A stretch of DNA of 58,723 bases, filler included, from Nitrospinota bacterium (lineage in GTDB: Bacteria; JADFOP01): NCBI GenBank assembly GCA_022562795.1. It is 6 parts of 6 records of this genome, joined end to end, with 100 filler letters (N's around TTAATTAATTAA, not from the genome) between each part and the next. Parts side by side here need not be neighbours in the genome. Positions count along the whole stretch, not along the records: positions 19,801 to 39,231 come from JADFOP010000042.1; 5 more parts are not named here. One strand, written 5' to 3'. Positions within the stretch are counted from its first letter, which is position 1. Each line of letters starts with the position of its first letter. Shown here piece by piece: positions 26,259-36,814 of this stretch. A program made the translations under genes and the position numbers. The notes beneath the pieces are model-generated. The model ran no database searches and was not told where the DNA came from. It saw only the letters and a program-made list of their open reading frames with translations.

Positions 26259-28805
26259 ATGAGTTCGCCTGTAATGCTTAAGAGAAATTCTAGTAATTCG
26301 TGTCGAGGCGTGCCCGGTCGGCCCTTTGAGAAGGGCGCCTGGGAGCGGCGGGTCGTCGGGCGAGCGCGCGAGGCGGTCTCGGTCCTGCTTCGATCCAATC
26401 GCGGCACGGTTGCTGGAGGCGACGGCCTAGATGCCGCTGTCGGCGCGGTTCTTCTGGCTGCCTCAGTTGTTTTGGGCGAGCGCTTCCTGGATGGAGAAAA
26501 CTCCTCCTCCCCCCTCCGAGATTTTTTGGAAGACGGTCTCCGGAAGGTTGAAGGCGCGCGCCTCCGGGCGATCTTGCGCGAGGCGGCGGGTCGCCACTCA
26601 ATTCTGTCCGAGGGTCTTTTGGGTAGGGGGCGGAAGCTTTTTCTTCACGAGAGCCTATCTCAAGAAGCATCTGCCCGGCTACTCTCGTTCCTCGACGCCG
26701 TGGTCGCAGAGGAGGCGGCCCACGATGAGTGGGCAGCCCTTCGGTTGCTTGGGACCATCTACGAGGCGTCCCTTGGATGGGAGGCGAGCGAGGCCGGTCT
26801 GGCTCGAAACACTGAGCGTGTTAAGGCCCTGGGGGCTGTCTACACTCCATCGGGCGTGGCGGGGCTAATCGTCGAGGCGACGCTTAGGCCGCTCCTTTCC
26901 GGCTCGACGACGCCCGAGGCCCTTGAGGCCGTCTCCGTCCTCGATCCAGCCTGCGGCGCCGGGGTTTTCCTCCTTGAGGCCCTTAGGGTGCTGGAGGGAG
27001 AGGCCGTCCGGCGGTGCTCCGTTGGACCGAACCGTATTGAACGGCTCCCCTGGAGGCGTCGGGTGGCCGCCAATTGTCTCTCCGGCGTCGACATCGACCC
27101 GGCCGCCGTTCACTTAACCCGCCTCGTCCTTTGGCTCGCCTCCGGCGGTGGGGAGGAGACGGCAGCGGCGCTCCGCCGCTCGGCCCGCGTGGGCGATGCT
27201 CTGGTGGGCGCCTGGCGGTCCGACCTGGATTTAGCCGGCGGAGCCGAGGGGGGCCCCGACGCCCTGAGGCGGGCGATGGATGCCTGGTGCGATAAGTTCT
27301 TCGCTCCTGAGGCGAGGCCTCCTGCCATCCACTGGGAGCTGGAGTTCCCGGATCGATTTCCTCCCTGCGGGCGCGGCTCTGGGGGATGGCGCGCCGTCGT
27401 CGGGAACCCTCCGTACGTGGGCTCGCAGGCGTTAAGCGGCTTGGCACCGTATCTAAGGGCCCGATTTCCAGAGACTTACACCGGCTACAACGACCTCTCT
27501 GCCTTCTTCTTCCACCGGGGCCTGGAGCTACTCAGCCCCGGCGGGCGGCTCGGCTTCATCGCCCCGTCGTACTGGTTCCAGAACACTTATGGGGAGAAGC
27601 TACGCCGGTACGTCCTCGCCACGAGCCGAATCGAAGAGGTATTCGACTTCGGCCCGCTCCAGGTCTTCCCCGGCCGGGGCGTCCACACGGCGGCGGCGAT
27701 TTTGTCCAAGGTTCAACAGGAGGAGGGGGAGGGGGTCGACGGCCACCTCGTCCGCTACCGGCGCCTTGAGGCCAAAGATTTGGCGGGCGTTAGCGACGGG
27801 TCCTACGAGCCGGATGTCCGCGTCCCACAGGCCTCGCTACAGCCCTCCCGGTGGGTCTTTGCCCCTGCTCAGGTCAAGACCATCCTTCGGAAGGCCCAGA
27901 GGGTGGGTCGCCCATTAACGGCTCTGTTCCACATTGAGAAAGGCCCCACAAGCGGGTGCAACGGCGTCTTTACCATGAACAAGAAAGAACTTGAAAAACA
28001 TGGTATTGAACATGAATTGCTGAGACCTTGTCTTAAGAATGGAGATATACGTCGCTACGGCCCGTTAGCCCCCATGCGGTGGTTGCTGTACCTTGACGGC
28101 GCGGTCGAGGTTGAGCGCTACCCCGGGGCGGCGGCCTACCTGGAGGCCAACCGGTCGGCCCTCGCCTCCCGGAACGAGGCCCGTCGCGGACGTCACCCAT
28201 GGTGGCGCATGGAGCGTCCCCGCAAACGAGCTCTTTTCGAGGCCCCCGCGAAGCTCGTGGTCCCCTACCGGGCCCCGGCGAATCGCTTCACCCTTGACGA
28301 GCTCGGCTGCTTTAACGACGGAGGCGACATCCGGGTCCTGGTTCCCAGAGTCGGGGTGGACCGCTCCACGCTGCTAGCAGCCCTGGCCATTGCCAACAGC
28401 GCCCTTGGGACCCTCGTCTACAAGTGTCTCGGAAAACCGAAAGGTGAGATGCTCGAATTTTTCGTAAAACCCCTGGCCTCAGCCCCATTTGGGCCGCCTC
28501 TCCTCCCATCCCAGGGTCCAAAGTCCTCGGCCCATTTGTCGGCCTGGCTGGACGAGGAAGGCCCTGGTGGGCTGGTCGAGAAGGTCCTTCGGCAAAGGGG
28601 CGGCGAGGCTCTTGTCACTCCCGCCCTTGCCCTGCTGGCCGACCGCATGCTCGCTCTCCATAGGGACGGGGGGGAGCCGGGAGTCATTGCTGAGGCCGAC
28701 GAGGCGATCGACAGGATGGTGGCCCGGCTCTTCGGTCTTACCACCAATGAGGAAGCCCTGGCGGCAGCTGCTGCCAGAGAAACCAGGGAGCGAGGGGCCG
28801 AATAG
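26259..28805 (+). CDS. N6-adenine DNA methyltransferase (Eco57I/TaqI-like) with C-terminal target-recognition region
   Basis: GAVYTP, VLDPACGAGVFL, GVDID and VVGNPPY. Start uncertain; the longer ORF call overlaps apgM. Confidence 0.85.
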   Translation: MSSPVMLKRNSSNSCRGVPGRPFEKGAWERRVVGRAREAVSVLLRSNRGTVAGGDGLDAAVGAVLLAASVVLGERFLDGENSSSPLRDFLEDGLRKVEGARLRAILREAAGRHSILSEGLLGRGRKLFLHESLSQEASARLLSFLDAVVAEEAAHDEWAALRLLGTIYEASLGWEASEAGLARNTERVKALGAVYTPSGVAGLIVEATLRPLLSGSTTPEALEAVSVLDPACGAGVFLLEALRVLEGEAVRRCSVGPNRIERLPWRRRVAANCLSGVDIDPAAVHLTRLVLWLASGGGEETAAALRRSARVGDALVGAWRSDLDLAGGAEGGPDALRRAMDAWCDKFFAPEARPPAIHWELEFPDRFPPCGRGSGGWRAVVGNPPYVGSQALSGLAPYLRARFPETYTGYNDLSAFFFHRGLELLSPGGRLGFIAPSYWFQNTYGEKLRRYVLATSRIEEVFDFGPLQVFPGRGVHTAAAILSKVQQEEGEGVDGHLVRYRRLEAKDLAGVSDGSYEPDVRVPQASLQPSRWVFAPAQVKTILRKAQRVGRPLTALFHIEKGPTSGCNGVFTMNKKELEKHGIEHELLRPCLKNGDIRRYGPLAPMRWLLYLDGAVEVERYPGAAAYLEANRSALASRNEARRGRHPWWRMERPRKRALFEAPAKLVVPYRAPANRFTLDELGCFNDGGDIRVLVPRVGVDRSTLLAALAIANSALGTLVYKCLGKPKGEMLEFFVKPLASAPFGPPLLPSQGPKSSAHLSAWLDEEGPGGLVEKVLRQRGGEALVTPALALLADRMLALHRDGGEPGVIAEADEAIDRMVARLFGLTTNEEALAAAAARETRERGAE

Positions 28806-28878
28806 GTTCAGAGGGGGGGGCTGCGATGAGGCCGGAGCCGAGCGGCTGGTTCAGGGCTCAAAGTCGGGCCTTTTCTGC

Positions 28879-29478
28879 TTAGTCGCTGCTCCCCCAGACC
28901 ACGCTTTGGTGAATCCAGGCATTTTCGCCATCAGCGTCCTCTACGTGGTACCACTTACCCTTTTTATTTATAACCTTAAGGGCGTAGTTTTTGGGGAGGT
29001 TCCATATGGCTGGCTTGTCGGGCCCGGGCCCCGAACGGGCCAGGGCCTGTTTGACCTTGACGATGAGGGCTCCGCCTTCCTCGACCACACGACCACTGAC
29101 CCACCCCATAGAGCCCTCGAAGTCCCTAGAAAAGTACCATGTCTCCTTCTTACCCCCAGGAAAGGCGGCCTCGTATTTACAAAGGGCCTCGAGAGGAAAA
29201 TATTTTGGTAGGGGGGAATCAAAAATTTTGTCGAAGCTCTCCCCCGGCCCCCAGCGGACGTTGGCCGCGGTCTTCACCCGAAGGATTGTCCTGGAGGCTT
29301 TTCTCCGAAAACCTTTACTATCCCCAGGCGAGCTGCAAACAATTTTGGGGACCCCCTTGGCCTCCTTATTGGCAGCAAGCAGAGAGGCAGGAAAGAGAAG
29401 GGTGAAGGCGGTGAATAGGGCGACTGTGGCGAAAGTGGAGATGGCGTGTCGTAGCATAGGCACCTCTATATGATTCAT
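28879..29478 (-). CDS. Exported protein with tandem bacterial SH3 domains
   Basis: Signal peptide, ANVRWGPG...DFEGSMGWV and ARSGPG...DADGENAWIHQSVVWG. Confidence 0.85.
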   Translation of the reverse strand: MNHIEVPMLRHAISTFATVALFTAFTLLFPASLLAANKEAKGVPKIVCSSPGDSKGFRRKASRTILRVKTAANVRWGPGESFDKIFDSPLPKYFPLEALCKYEAAFPGGKKETWYFSRDFEGSMGWVSGRVVEEGGALIVKVKQALARSGPGPDKPAIWNLPKNYALKVINKKGKWYHVEDADGENAWIHQSVVWGSSD

Positions 29479-29632
29479 GAGAAGGCTCCCGGTCTCAACT
29501 CCCCCCCGAAGTTAGATTGTATAGCATTGAAGCACCCTGTCTCAAGGGAATTTCGAGAAGGGTAATGGGTGATATCTTAACGCACATCGCATCGACGGGA
29601 TAAAAAAGAAACCGAGCAGTACAAATTATCAA

Positions 29633-30241
29633 TTATTCGTCTTTTGAGCTTAGGCCCAAGTGGGAAGCGACGATGTGGCGCACCTCTCGGAGACAGGCTT
29701 CCAGGCGGCCCTCGTCATTGGAGACGACGTAGTCGTAGAGGGGCTGAAGCTGGACGGAGGCCGCAGCGTTTCCGAGCCTCTCGGCTATCTGCTCCTCTGT
29801 GTGATTGCCTCGCGAGCGAAGCCGTCGCTCAAGGTCACCCAGGTCGGTGGAGATGAAGATGCCTACGGCGTCGGGAATAACTTCCTTCACTGCGGGAAGG
29901 TTGCCCAGATTGATTATGGCGACCGCGTTGCGGCCGGCCTCCAAGAGCTCCTCCACCTCCTGCCTGGGGGTGCCGTAGGACATGCCGAAGAGAAAATCCT
30001 TCCATTCGAGGAACTCACCGGCCTCGGCCATGCGACGGAACTCCTCGGGGGGGACGAAGCGGTAATTGTCTTCCGCATCATCGCCGGGCCGCTGCTCGCG
30101 GGTGGTGCAGCGCCTGACGTGGATGAGGCCCAAGGATGGATCGGCCTCCAGGGCGTGCAGGATGGTCGATTTACCCGACCCGCTGGGCCCGTCAATTACT
30201 AAGAGCTTTCCCCGCTTGGCCACGATGCTGACCCTTTTCAT
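29633..30241 (-). CDS. gmk: Guanylate kinase
   Basis: GPSGSGKS, TTREQRPG, FLEW...YGTP, YDYVVSND. Confidence 0.85.
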   Translation of the reverse strand: MKRVSIVAKRGKLLVIDGPSGSGKSTILHALEADPSLGLIHVRRCTTREQRPGDDAEDNYRFVPPEEFRRMAEAGEFLEWKDFLFGMSYGTPRQEVEELLEAGRNAVAIINLGNLPAVKEVIPDAVGIFISTDLGDLERRLRSRGNHTEEQIAERLGNAAASVQLQPLYDYVVSNDEGRLEACLREVRHIVASHLGLSSKDE

Positions 30242-30469
30242 AAGGGATGACCCTGGGCGTCAAGTAACGTGGCCCATTTTACCCAGAGGGCTTACAAGCT
30301 GCAAGAACCAGGAGACGGAAAGGGCTGCTTTCAGGGCGCCGATTCTCCGATTTCGCCTCGAATTGTATTCCCCCCGTTGAATCGGCGGGGCGCAGTTGAC
30401 AGGGGATGTAATATAAGTTATCTTGATACAAGAGGTTACTAGATAACAAGTGAGAAAAAGTATAACCTT

Positions 30470-33031
30470 ATGGGAGTAAGCCCTCCGGGCTTGCCCACCC
30501 CTGGGACTTTCCGGGCCGTAAGTCCCGAGGATGGGAGGGGCGTTCGGGTGCGACGAGCCCTGGCTTACCTTTTGGGCGTGGTCTTGGTGGCCGCCGGTCC
30601 TGGTATTTCAGGGGCCGGTACGGTCTCTGGGGCCAGGAAACTTCTCGACCTACCGCCCTTGGGCGGAGGGGGCGAGATAAGTTCATCAAAAGCGGCTGAA
30701 GCCACCAAGAAGGCCCACTCTCCCCCACCGGCCACGTTCGATAAAGCCAGTATCCTCGCTGACAAGATCGACCACCTCAAGGGTCGAGACTACGTCATCG
30801 CCACAGGCAGCGTCGATATCACCTACCAAAAAACCAACCTCAAAGCCGACCGGGTGGAGTTTAATACCAAGACGGGCGACCTCGTGGCCACGGGAGATGT
30901 CTCAGTCAGCTCCGAAGGCAGCCTCATCCTGTGTCAGAAGGCCATATTCAATATCTATACGAAGCGGGGTTTCATGTACGACGCCGAAGGATTCGCCTCT
31001 CCCGTCTATTACTTCACCGGCAAGAAGATCGAGAAGGTGGCCGAAGACAAGCTGCGCATCTTCCAGGGGACCCTGACCACGTGCGGGCCCGCGTGCGGAA
31101 CTGGGCGGTCGCCCTGGACATTCAGGGTGAGACAAGCGAACCTCCAAGTGGACCGCTACGCACACCTCTACGGCTTCGTCCCAAAGATCCTCGGCGTGCC
31201 CATCTTCTATCTGCCTTACTACGTGGCATCGATTAAGACGGACCGGGCCACGGGCTTCCTCTCCCCCGTCGTGGGAACCGACAGCGAGGACGGTGTGATC
31301 GTCACCAACCGTTTCTTTTGGGTCCTTGGCTCCTCCATGGATGCCACCCTGGGGATGGACTTTCTATCCAACAGGGGGACTGGTTACAGCGGTGAGTTCC
31401 GCTACGTTCTCGACCCACGCTCCTCGGGTCAACTGAACGCTGCCTACCTGAAGGATGGGGAGTTTTTCAACCAGGGCATCTCAAACCACCCCTGGCTCTT
31501 CGACGATGAGCGTGGTCCGGACGATCTTCCCCTCGGCGGTGAGTTCTACAAGATCACGCTCGATCACAAGCAAGTCTTGCCGGGGGAGGTGGAGATGGTG
31601 GGGCGGATGGACCTGGAGGGCGAAGATACGAACTTCGACAGGGAGTTCAGCGACGACCTCAAGTTACGGGCCAGACGGGAGACCGAAAGCTTCGTGTCGC
31701 TGACCAAGAACTGGGATAGCAGAAGCATCCAGATCGTCGCCGAGCGGCTGGAGAGCCTGGAAGACAACCTCTTTACGGACGAAGCGGGCCTCACGTTGTT
31801 GGGCGACCGGGAGGAGGTCTTCGGGAGGCTTCCCTCAGTCCAGTTCATCCAGCAGCCCGCCCGGATCGCCTCCTCCCCCTTCTACTTCGAGATGGCGAGC
31901 TCCTGGACGAACTTCTTCGAAAAGGAGATCGATGAGCGTCTAGACGGCGATGGTTCCCCCCGCTTGCGGGATGTGGAGAACACTCCCCGTTTCGATATCT
32001 ACCCGAAGGTCTCGCTGCCGATCGCCATTGCTCCTTGGCTTACGGTGACGCCGGCGGCGGCCTTCCGCGAGACATACTGGTGGCGCAATAGAGCGGGCCC
32101 CGTCGAAGATCTTACTGTCGGAGATGGCCTTTCCCGGGAAGCCTTTGAGGCTACGGTGGACCTCAAGGGACCAACCTTATACCGCATCTTCAATATCGAG
32201 AACCGATGGGCGGAGAAATACAAGCACATTGTCGAGCCGCTTGTTAGCTACCGCTATGTTGCCGAGTTCGATGAGTCCGACAGCCTCCTCATACCCATAC
32301 CCCTCACGGGAGGCAACTTCGACGCCATCGACACCTTCGATCTGAGCGACGTCGCCGGAACGGTGGGGGTTAACCAGTTGAGATATGGGCTTACGAACCG
32401 CATACTTTCAAAAGGCACCGAAGGAGAGATTGCCGAGGTCTTCCGTCTCAATGTGAGCCAACTCTTCGACATAAAAGAGAGCCGAAGGGACGAGCGCAGC
32501 GACTTAATCTCCCTTGGACCCATTGAGTTTGACTTGGAGAGCCACATCGTTCCACCTCTTATCTTAAACACGAGAGCCAGTTACGACTACGGCAGTGAGC
32601 GGCTGGCAAGCCTTAATTCCACCGTCGGCCTCGAGGTCGGCCGATACGGGACGCTCTACACCGACTATACCTTTTCCAAGGACCCATCTACTGGCGAGGA
32701 TCTCCAGAGCTTCTATTTCGGGGGTGTGGATGTCAACATCACCGACGCCATCAACGCCCAGTACCAAATCCGGTATGACGAGAGAGGGGGCCAGGTGCTG
32801 GAGAACCAGTACGGTCTCGTCTACCGGGGCTGCTGCTGGTCGGTCCAACTGACCCTGTTCGACCGGATTGACGAGACGAAAGTGCTCGTGATGCTTGACC
32901 TCAAGGGCATCGGAAGCGTAGGCCGATCGTTCCACGTTGGGTCTGATTTGGGCGGTGGGAGACGAGGTGGGCAGAGGTTGCCCGGAACCATCGGCCAGTC
33001 TACCGGTTCCCAGCCCAACACGTCCTTTTAG
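30470..33031 (+). CDS. lptD: LPS-assembly protein LptD
   Basis: OstA-like N-domain (LKADRV, TTC...W), PIFYLPY, R.TGFLSP, KHIVEP, CCWSV. Confidence 0.88.
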   Translation: MGVSPPGLPTPGTFRAVSPEDGRGVRVRRALAYLLGVVLVAAGPGISGAGTVSGARKLLDLPPLGGGGEISSSKAAEATKKAHSPPPATFDKASILADKIDHLKGRDYVIATGSVDITYQKTNLKADRVEFNTKTGDLVATGDVSVSSEGSLILCQKAIFNIYTKRGFMYDAEGFASPVYYFTGKKIEKVAEDKLRIFQGTLTTCGPACGTGRSPWTFRVRQANLQVDRYAHLYGFVPKILGVPIFYLPYYVASIKTDRATGFLSPVVGTDSEDGVIVTNRFFWVLGSSMDATLGMDFLSNRGTGYSGEFRYVLDPRSSGQLNAAYLKDGEFFNQGISNHPWLFDDERGPDDLPLGGEFYKITLDHKQVLPGEVEMVGRMDLEGEDTNFDREFSDDLKLRARRETESFVSLTKNWDSRSIQIVAERLESLEDNLFTDEAGLTLLGDREEVFGRLPSVQFIQQPARIASSPFYFEMASSWTNFFEKEIDERLDGDGSPRLRDVENTPRFDIYPKVSLPIAIAPWLTVTPAAAFRETYWWRNRAGPVEDLTVGDGLSREAFEATVDLKGPTLYRIFNIENRWAEKYKHIVEPLVSYRYVAEFDESDSLLIPIPLTGGNFDAIDTFDLSDVAGTVGVNQLRYGLTNRILSKGTEGEIAEVFRLNVSQLFDIKESRRDERSDLISLGPIEFDLESHIVPPLILNTRASYDYGSERLASLNSTVGLEVGRYGTLYTDYTFSKDPSTGEDLQSFYFGGVDVNITDAINAQYQIRYDERGGQVLENQYGLVYRGCCWSVQLTLFDRIDETKVLVMLDLKGIGSVGRSFHVGSDLGGGRRGGQRLPGTIGQSTGSQPNTSF

Positions 33032-33094
33032 AGATTTAGGCATCGCTTGGGCCGTGCACGCCTTGAGCGGGCGGACGGGAGTGTTCCGGGACGC

Positions 33095-33778
33095 TTAAGG
33101 TTGTCGGCTCGGGGAGGGAAGGGATGTCAGGGGCTGAGGGCCCGCCAGAGGGTCGCTTCCGTAGTCGAGCTCGATGAGACGACCGCTTTTGATACGTCCT
33201 CTGACCCAGCGGGCCGACCGATCAAGAGAGACGGTGCACCGGACGAACGGCTCGCGGCCGGAGCAGCGGGCGGCTGCGTTGAAGAAGGTCTTAATCCGCC
33301 CGCCTTTTGCCGCGACGACGACGCCTCCGGAGTAGGTCTCGACCGTTATCGTCGCGCCGTCGGGACGCCGAAAGCGACGGATGCGGCGGCCGTCGGCTGG
33401 CCCTGCGGCCAAAGCGCGCGCGGCCTCTTCGTAGGCGCGGGCCGTGGGGAAGCGGGGCGAGGCCCAAAAGAGACTTCGGGCCAGGAACTCCCTGCCCCCT
33501 GCAGCGTGCTTCAGGAAATGGAGATCGAGGCTGGAGACCCGCGAAGGGTCGAGGGATGAATCGGGATGGGTCCTGTTCCATCCCTCCAGGCGGGTCCGCT
33601 CTCCAGGTGTCAGGGCCCGACGAGCCACCACGGGCTCGCGACTGAAGCCTCCGATAGGCTCGGCGGCAACGACTGGGCCCGCCAGAGATGCGAAGACTCC
33701 GAAAAGGACGGCCCAGATGAAGGGCCGGAGGCTTCTTGCGGTGCCAGAACGTAGGCGCATGGAGAGGAAATGCAACAT
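33095..33778 (-). CDS. Hypothetical exported protein
   Basis: Signal-peptide-like N-terminus. Fills the gap between lptD and the carboxyltransferase. Confidence 0.5.
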   Translation of the reverse strand: MLHFLSMRLRSGTARSLRPFIWAVLFGVFASLAGPVVAAEPIGGFSREPVVARRALTPGERTRLEGWNRTHPDSSLDPSRVSSLDLHFLKHAAGGREFLARSLFWASPRFPTARAYEEAARALAAGPADGRRIRRFRRPDGATITVETYSGGVVVAAKGGRIKTFFNAAARCSGREPFVRCTVSLDRSARWVRGRIKSGRLIELDYGSDPLAGPQPLTSLPSPSRQP

Positions 33779-34026
33779 AGGGGCCTAAGCGGGAGCACTT
33801 GAAGATGCCGCCCCCTTTGGCCACTATGCCACAGGCTGAAGAGGAAGCCAAGCTCCTGGGCCGTAGGCTTGACAGGGGCTTGGAGTTGGTTCTATTGTAG
33901 GGACGGACATCCGTAGAATTTCTGGAGCAAACCCTTGGGTCCTCCGCGCTGACGAGAGGACCGTTATCGCTACTCCGTCGTCTTCGGCAGGTTCTTTGAG
34001 CGAACGACGGATAGAGGAGGTGTGCT

Positions 34027-35577
34027 GTGAGCATTGATGGGAAAATTGCTGAGCTTCAACGGCGTCACGCCGAGGCCGAGTTGGGCGGGGGGCAAGATCG
34101 TATCGATCGCCAGCACAAAGTCGGCAAGCTGACCGCCCGCGAGCGGGTCAACATTCTCTTGGACGAAGGGACGTTCGTCGAGTTCGACAAATTCGCCGTT
34201 CACCGTTGCACCTACTTCGACATGGACAAAAAGAAAATCCTCGGTGATGGGGTGGTAACGGGCTACGGCAAGATAGACGGTCGCCCCACATACCTCTTTG
34301 CTCACGATTTTACCTCGTTTGGCGGCTCTTTAAGCGAGATTTTCTCGATGAAGATCTGCAAGATTATGGATATGGCCATGAAGTCGGGGGCGCCTATAAT
34401 CGGCCTCTTCGACTCCGGCGGGGCACGGATCCAAGAGGGGGTCGCCAGCCTGGCGGGTTATGGCGAAATTTTCCTACGCAACGTCTTGGCAAGCGGCGTG
34501 GTGCCTCAGATATCGGCCATCATGGGCCCCTGCGCAGGCGGGGCGGTCTACAGCCCCGCTGTGACCGACTTCGTCTTCATGGTTCGGGACACGAGCTTCA
34601 TGTTCATCACTGGGCCAGATGTCATCAAAACCGTCATGGCTGAGGAGGTGACCTTCGACGAGCTTGGCGGTGCGGATATTTGCGCCTCCAAGAGCGGGGT
34701 GGCCCACTTCGCAGCCAGTAACGAGGAGGAATGTCTCCTCAACGTCAAGGAACTTTTTAGCTTCTTGCCTCAAAACAACATGGAAGAGCCGCCGCTCGTT
34801 CCCACCTCCGACGATCCGGGCCGCATTGACGAGGGGCTCAACCATTTGGTTCCTGACACCCCGCAGATTCCTTACGACATGCTGGAGCTCATCCGGACCG
34901 TCGTCGATGACAACAATTTCTTCGAGGTCATGCCCGATTACGCAAAGAACATCATCGTAGGATTCGGCCGTTTCAACGGCCAGACCGTGGGGATTGTGGC
35001 CAACCAGCCAGCCTACTTGGCCGGGGTGCTGGATATCGACTCGTCCCTCAAGGGGGCCCGCTTCATACGCTTCTGCGACGCCTTCAACATCCCCATCGTG
35101 ACCTTCGAGGACGTGCCCGGCTTCCTGCCCGGCGTTGATCAGGAGCACGGCGGGGTCATCAAACACGGGGCCAAGCTTCTCTACGCCTATTGCGAGGCGA
35201 CCGTGCCCCGCATCACCGTCATCACCCGCAAATCTTACGGCGGAGCCTACGTGGTCATGAGCAGCAAGGCCGTTCGCGGCGACCTCAACTACGCCTACCC
35301 GACGGCCGAGATCGCCGTCATGGGTCCCGATGGGGCCGTCGAGATTCTCTACCGGCGGGAGATCGCCGAAGCCGATGACCCAGTCGCCTTTAAGGCTCAA
35401 AAGGTTGAGGAATTCAGGGATACGTTTGCAAATCCCTATATGGCCCACGAGTTAGGCTACATAGATGAGGTAATCGAGCCGAAGATGACCCGGGTCAAAG
35501 TCATCCAGTCTCTCGAGATGTTGCGAGACAAACGTATGTCCAACCCGCCCAAGAAGCACGGCAACATCCCTTTGTAG
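34027..35577 (+). CDS. Acyl-CoA carboxylase beta / methylmalonyl-CoA carboxyltransferase subunit
   Basis: GKLTARER, DSGGARIQEG, GPCAGGAVYSPA, DVPGFLPG, KKHGNIPL. Confidence 0.95.
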   Translation: MSIDGKIAELQRRHAEAELGGGQDRIDRQHKVGKLTARERVNILLDEGTFVEFDKFAVHRCTYFDMDKKKILGDGVVTGYGKIDGRPTYLFAHDFTSFGGSLSEIFSMKICKIMDMAMKSGAPIIGLFDSGGARIQEGVASLAGYGEIFLRNVLASGVVPQISAIMGPCAGGAVYSPAVTDFVFMVRDTSFMFITGPDVIKTVMAEEVTFDELGGADICASKSGVAHFAASNEEECLLNVKELFSFLPQNNMEEPPLVPTSDDPGRIDEGLNHLVPDTPQIPYDMLELIRTVVDDNNFFEVMPDYAKNIIVGFGRFNGQTVGIVANQPAYLAGVLDIDSSLKGARFIRFCDAFNIPIVTFEDVPGFLPGVDQEHGGVIKHGAKLLYAYCEATVPRITVITRKSYGGAYVVMSSKAVRGDLNYAYPTAEIAVMGPDGAVEILYRREIAEADDPVAFKAQKVEEFRDTFANPYMAHELGYIDEVIEPKMTRVKVIQSLEMLRDKRMSNPPKKHGNIPL

Positions 35578-35648
35578 GGATCTCGAAATAGGCGAAAAAA
35601 CCGGAAAAAACGGAAATTCGGAAATTCGGAAATTCCGGAAAATGAGCC

Positions 35649-35688
35649 AACCGCCCGTCTTTGGCTAGCTGACGGGCGGTTTCCTTTC
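35649..35688 (+). terminator. Intrinsic terminator
   Basis: aaccgcccgtc/gacgggcggtt stem followed by a T-rich tail. Confidence 0.7.
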
Positions 35689-35913
35689 TAAGGCAGGTTA
35701 TCTTCTTAATTTAAGATATATAAATTTAGTGCAGTTATGTCATGTTATTCGTTGAAGGAAAATCTTCGCGTCCGTCGCAGGCGAATTTTACTCTTTAGAT
35801 GTTCAACAGATTATCCATTATAATGCAATATGATATATAGGTACTCTTAATAACATAGTTTAGCCTGTTTCTTATGCATAACGCCTGACATCCACCAATT
35901 GACCCTCCGGACG

Positions 35914-36753
35914 TCAAGACAATTCACTCCAGGATGCCAGCTCGGTGAAGGTGGTCCGGAGCTTGGCGTTTATCTCCATCAGGCGTCCCTCGTCGATGGC
36001 GCCCTCCCCCGCGTCGAACCACCTATCGTCGAGGTATAGCGCCTTGGAGAGCTCGATTTGGACCACCCGGAAACCCTTCGAAGAATAGGTGCGGGTGATA
36101 TGGCCTCCCACAAAGGGCCTGTTTAGAGCGATGAGCTCCTCGTCGCCGGCGGCGACGGGATCGGAAGAAAAAACCTCTGCCATGATGTCGCGGAGGCGCA
36201 AGATAAGGGGCTCTGGCAGGCTTGTCCGCTCGCGGCTTCCGATCCCTCCGGCCTCATCCCCGAGGTTGCCGAGGCAGATGAGGGGGCGGCGCTCGCCGGC
36301 GTCCATCGCGGCCGGCGGGCCGACGGAGGACATGGTGTGACAGTCGATGAGGAGCCTGACCTCGCCCCGGTGCGCCTCGAGTAGGGCTCCCAACTCCCGG
36401 TGATACGGGTGGTAATGGCGCTCCAGGAGGATTTTTTGGAGGTCGCGGTCGGGCGTTTCGTCGGCGCGCCAGATCGGGCGGCCGAACCTCGTCAGCGCCT
36501 TGACGGCTCCATCCTCCGCCTCCGGCGGCAGCTCCTCCGGCGGGCGGTTGAGGTCGACGATGGCCCGCGCCACCTCCTGAGTGACCTCACCGAGGACGAT
36601 ATCAGACACGCCGTAAAGCTCGCGCGAGTAGGCATCGCTCTCGTCGAAGATCTCCTCATCGGTCAGCGCACACCGGTCCGCCACTTCAGGAGGGACGGTC
36701 AGCCCCCCGTGCGGGATAGAGACAATGAAGGGGAGGAGATGGCCCATGCTCAT
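35914..36753 (-). CDS. N-formylglutamate amidohydrolase family protein
   Basis: SIPHGG, ARAIVDLNR, YHPYH, IDCHTM, PFVGGHIT, QIE. Confidence 0.9.
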   Translation of the reverse strand: MSMGHLLPFIVSIPHGGLTVPPEVADRCALTDEEIFDESDAYSRELYGVSDIVLGEVTQEVARAIVDLNRPPEELPPEAEDGAVKALTRFGRPIWRADETPDRDLQKILLERHYHPYHRELGALLEAHRGEVRLLIDCHTMSSVGPPAAMDAGERRPLICLGNLGDEAGGIGSRERTSLPEPLILRLRDIMAEVFSSDPVAAGDEELIALNRPFVGGHITRTYSSKGFRVVQIELSKALYLDDRWFDAGEGAIDEGRLMEINAKLRTTFTELASWSELS

Positions 36754-36814
36754 GCCTAAGGGTGGATAGCGATGGATTTACAAGGGATTACCGGGTGGTC
36801 TTGCCTTCGTCGGC

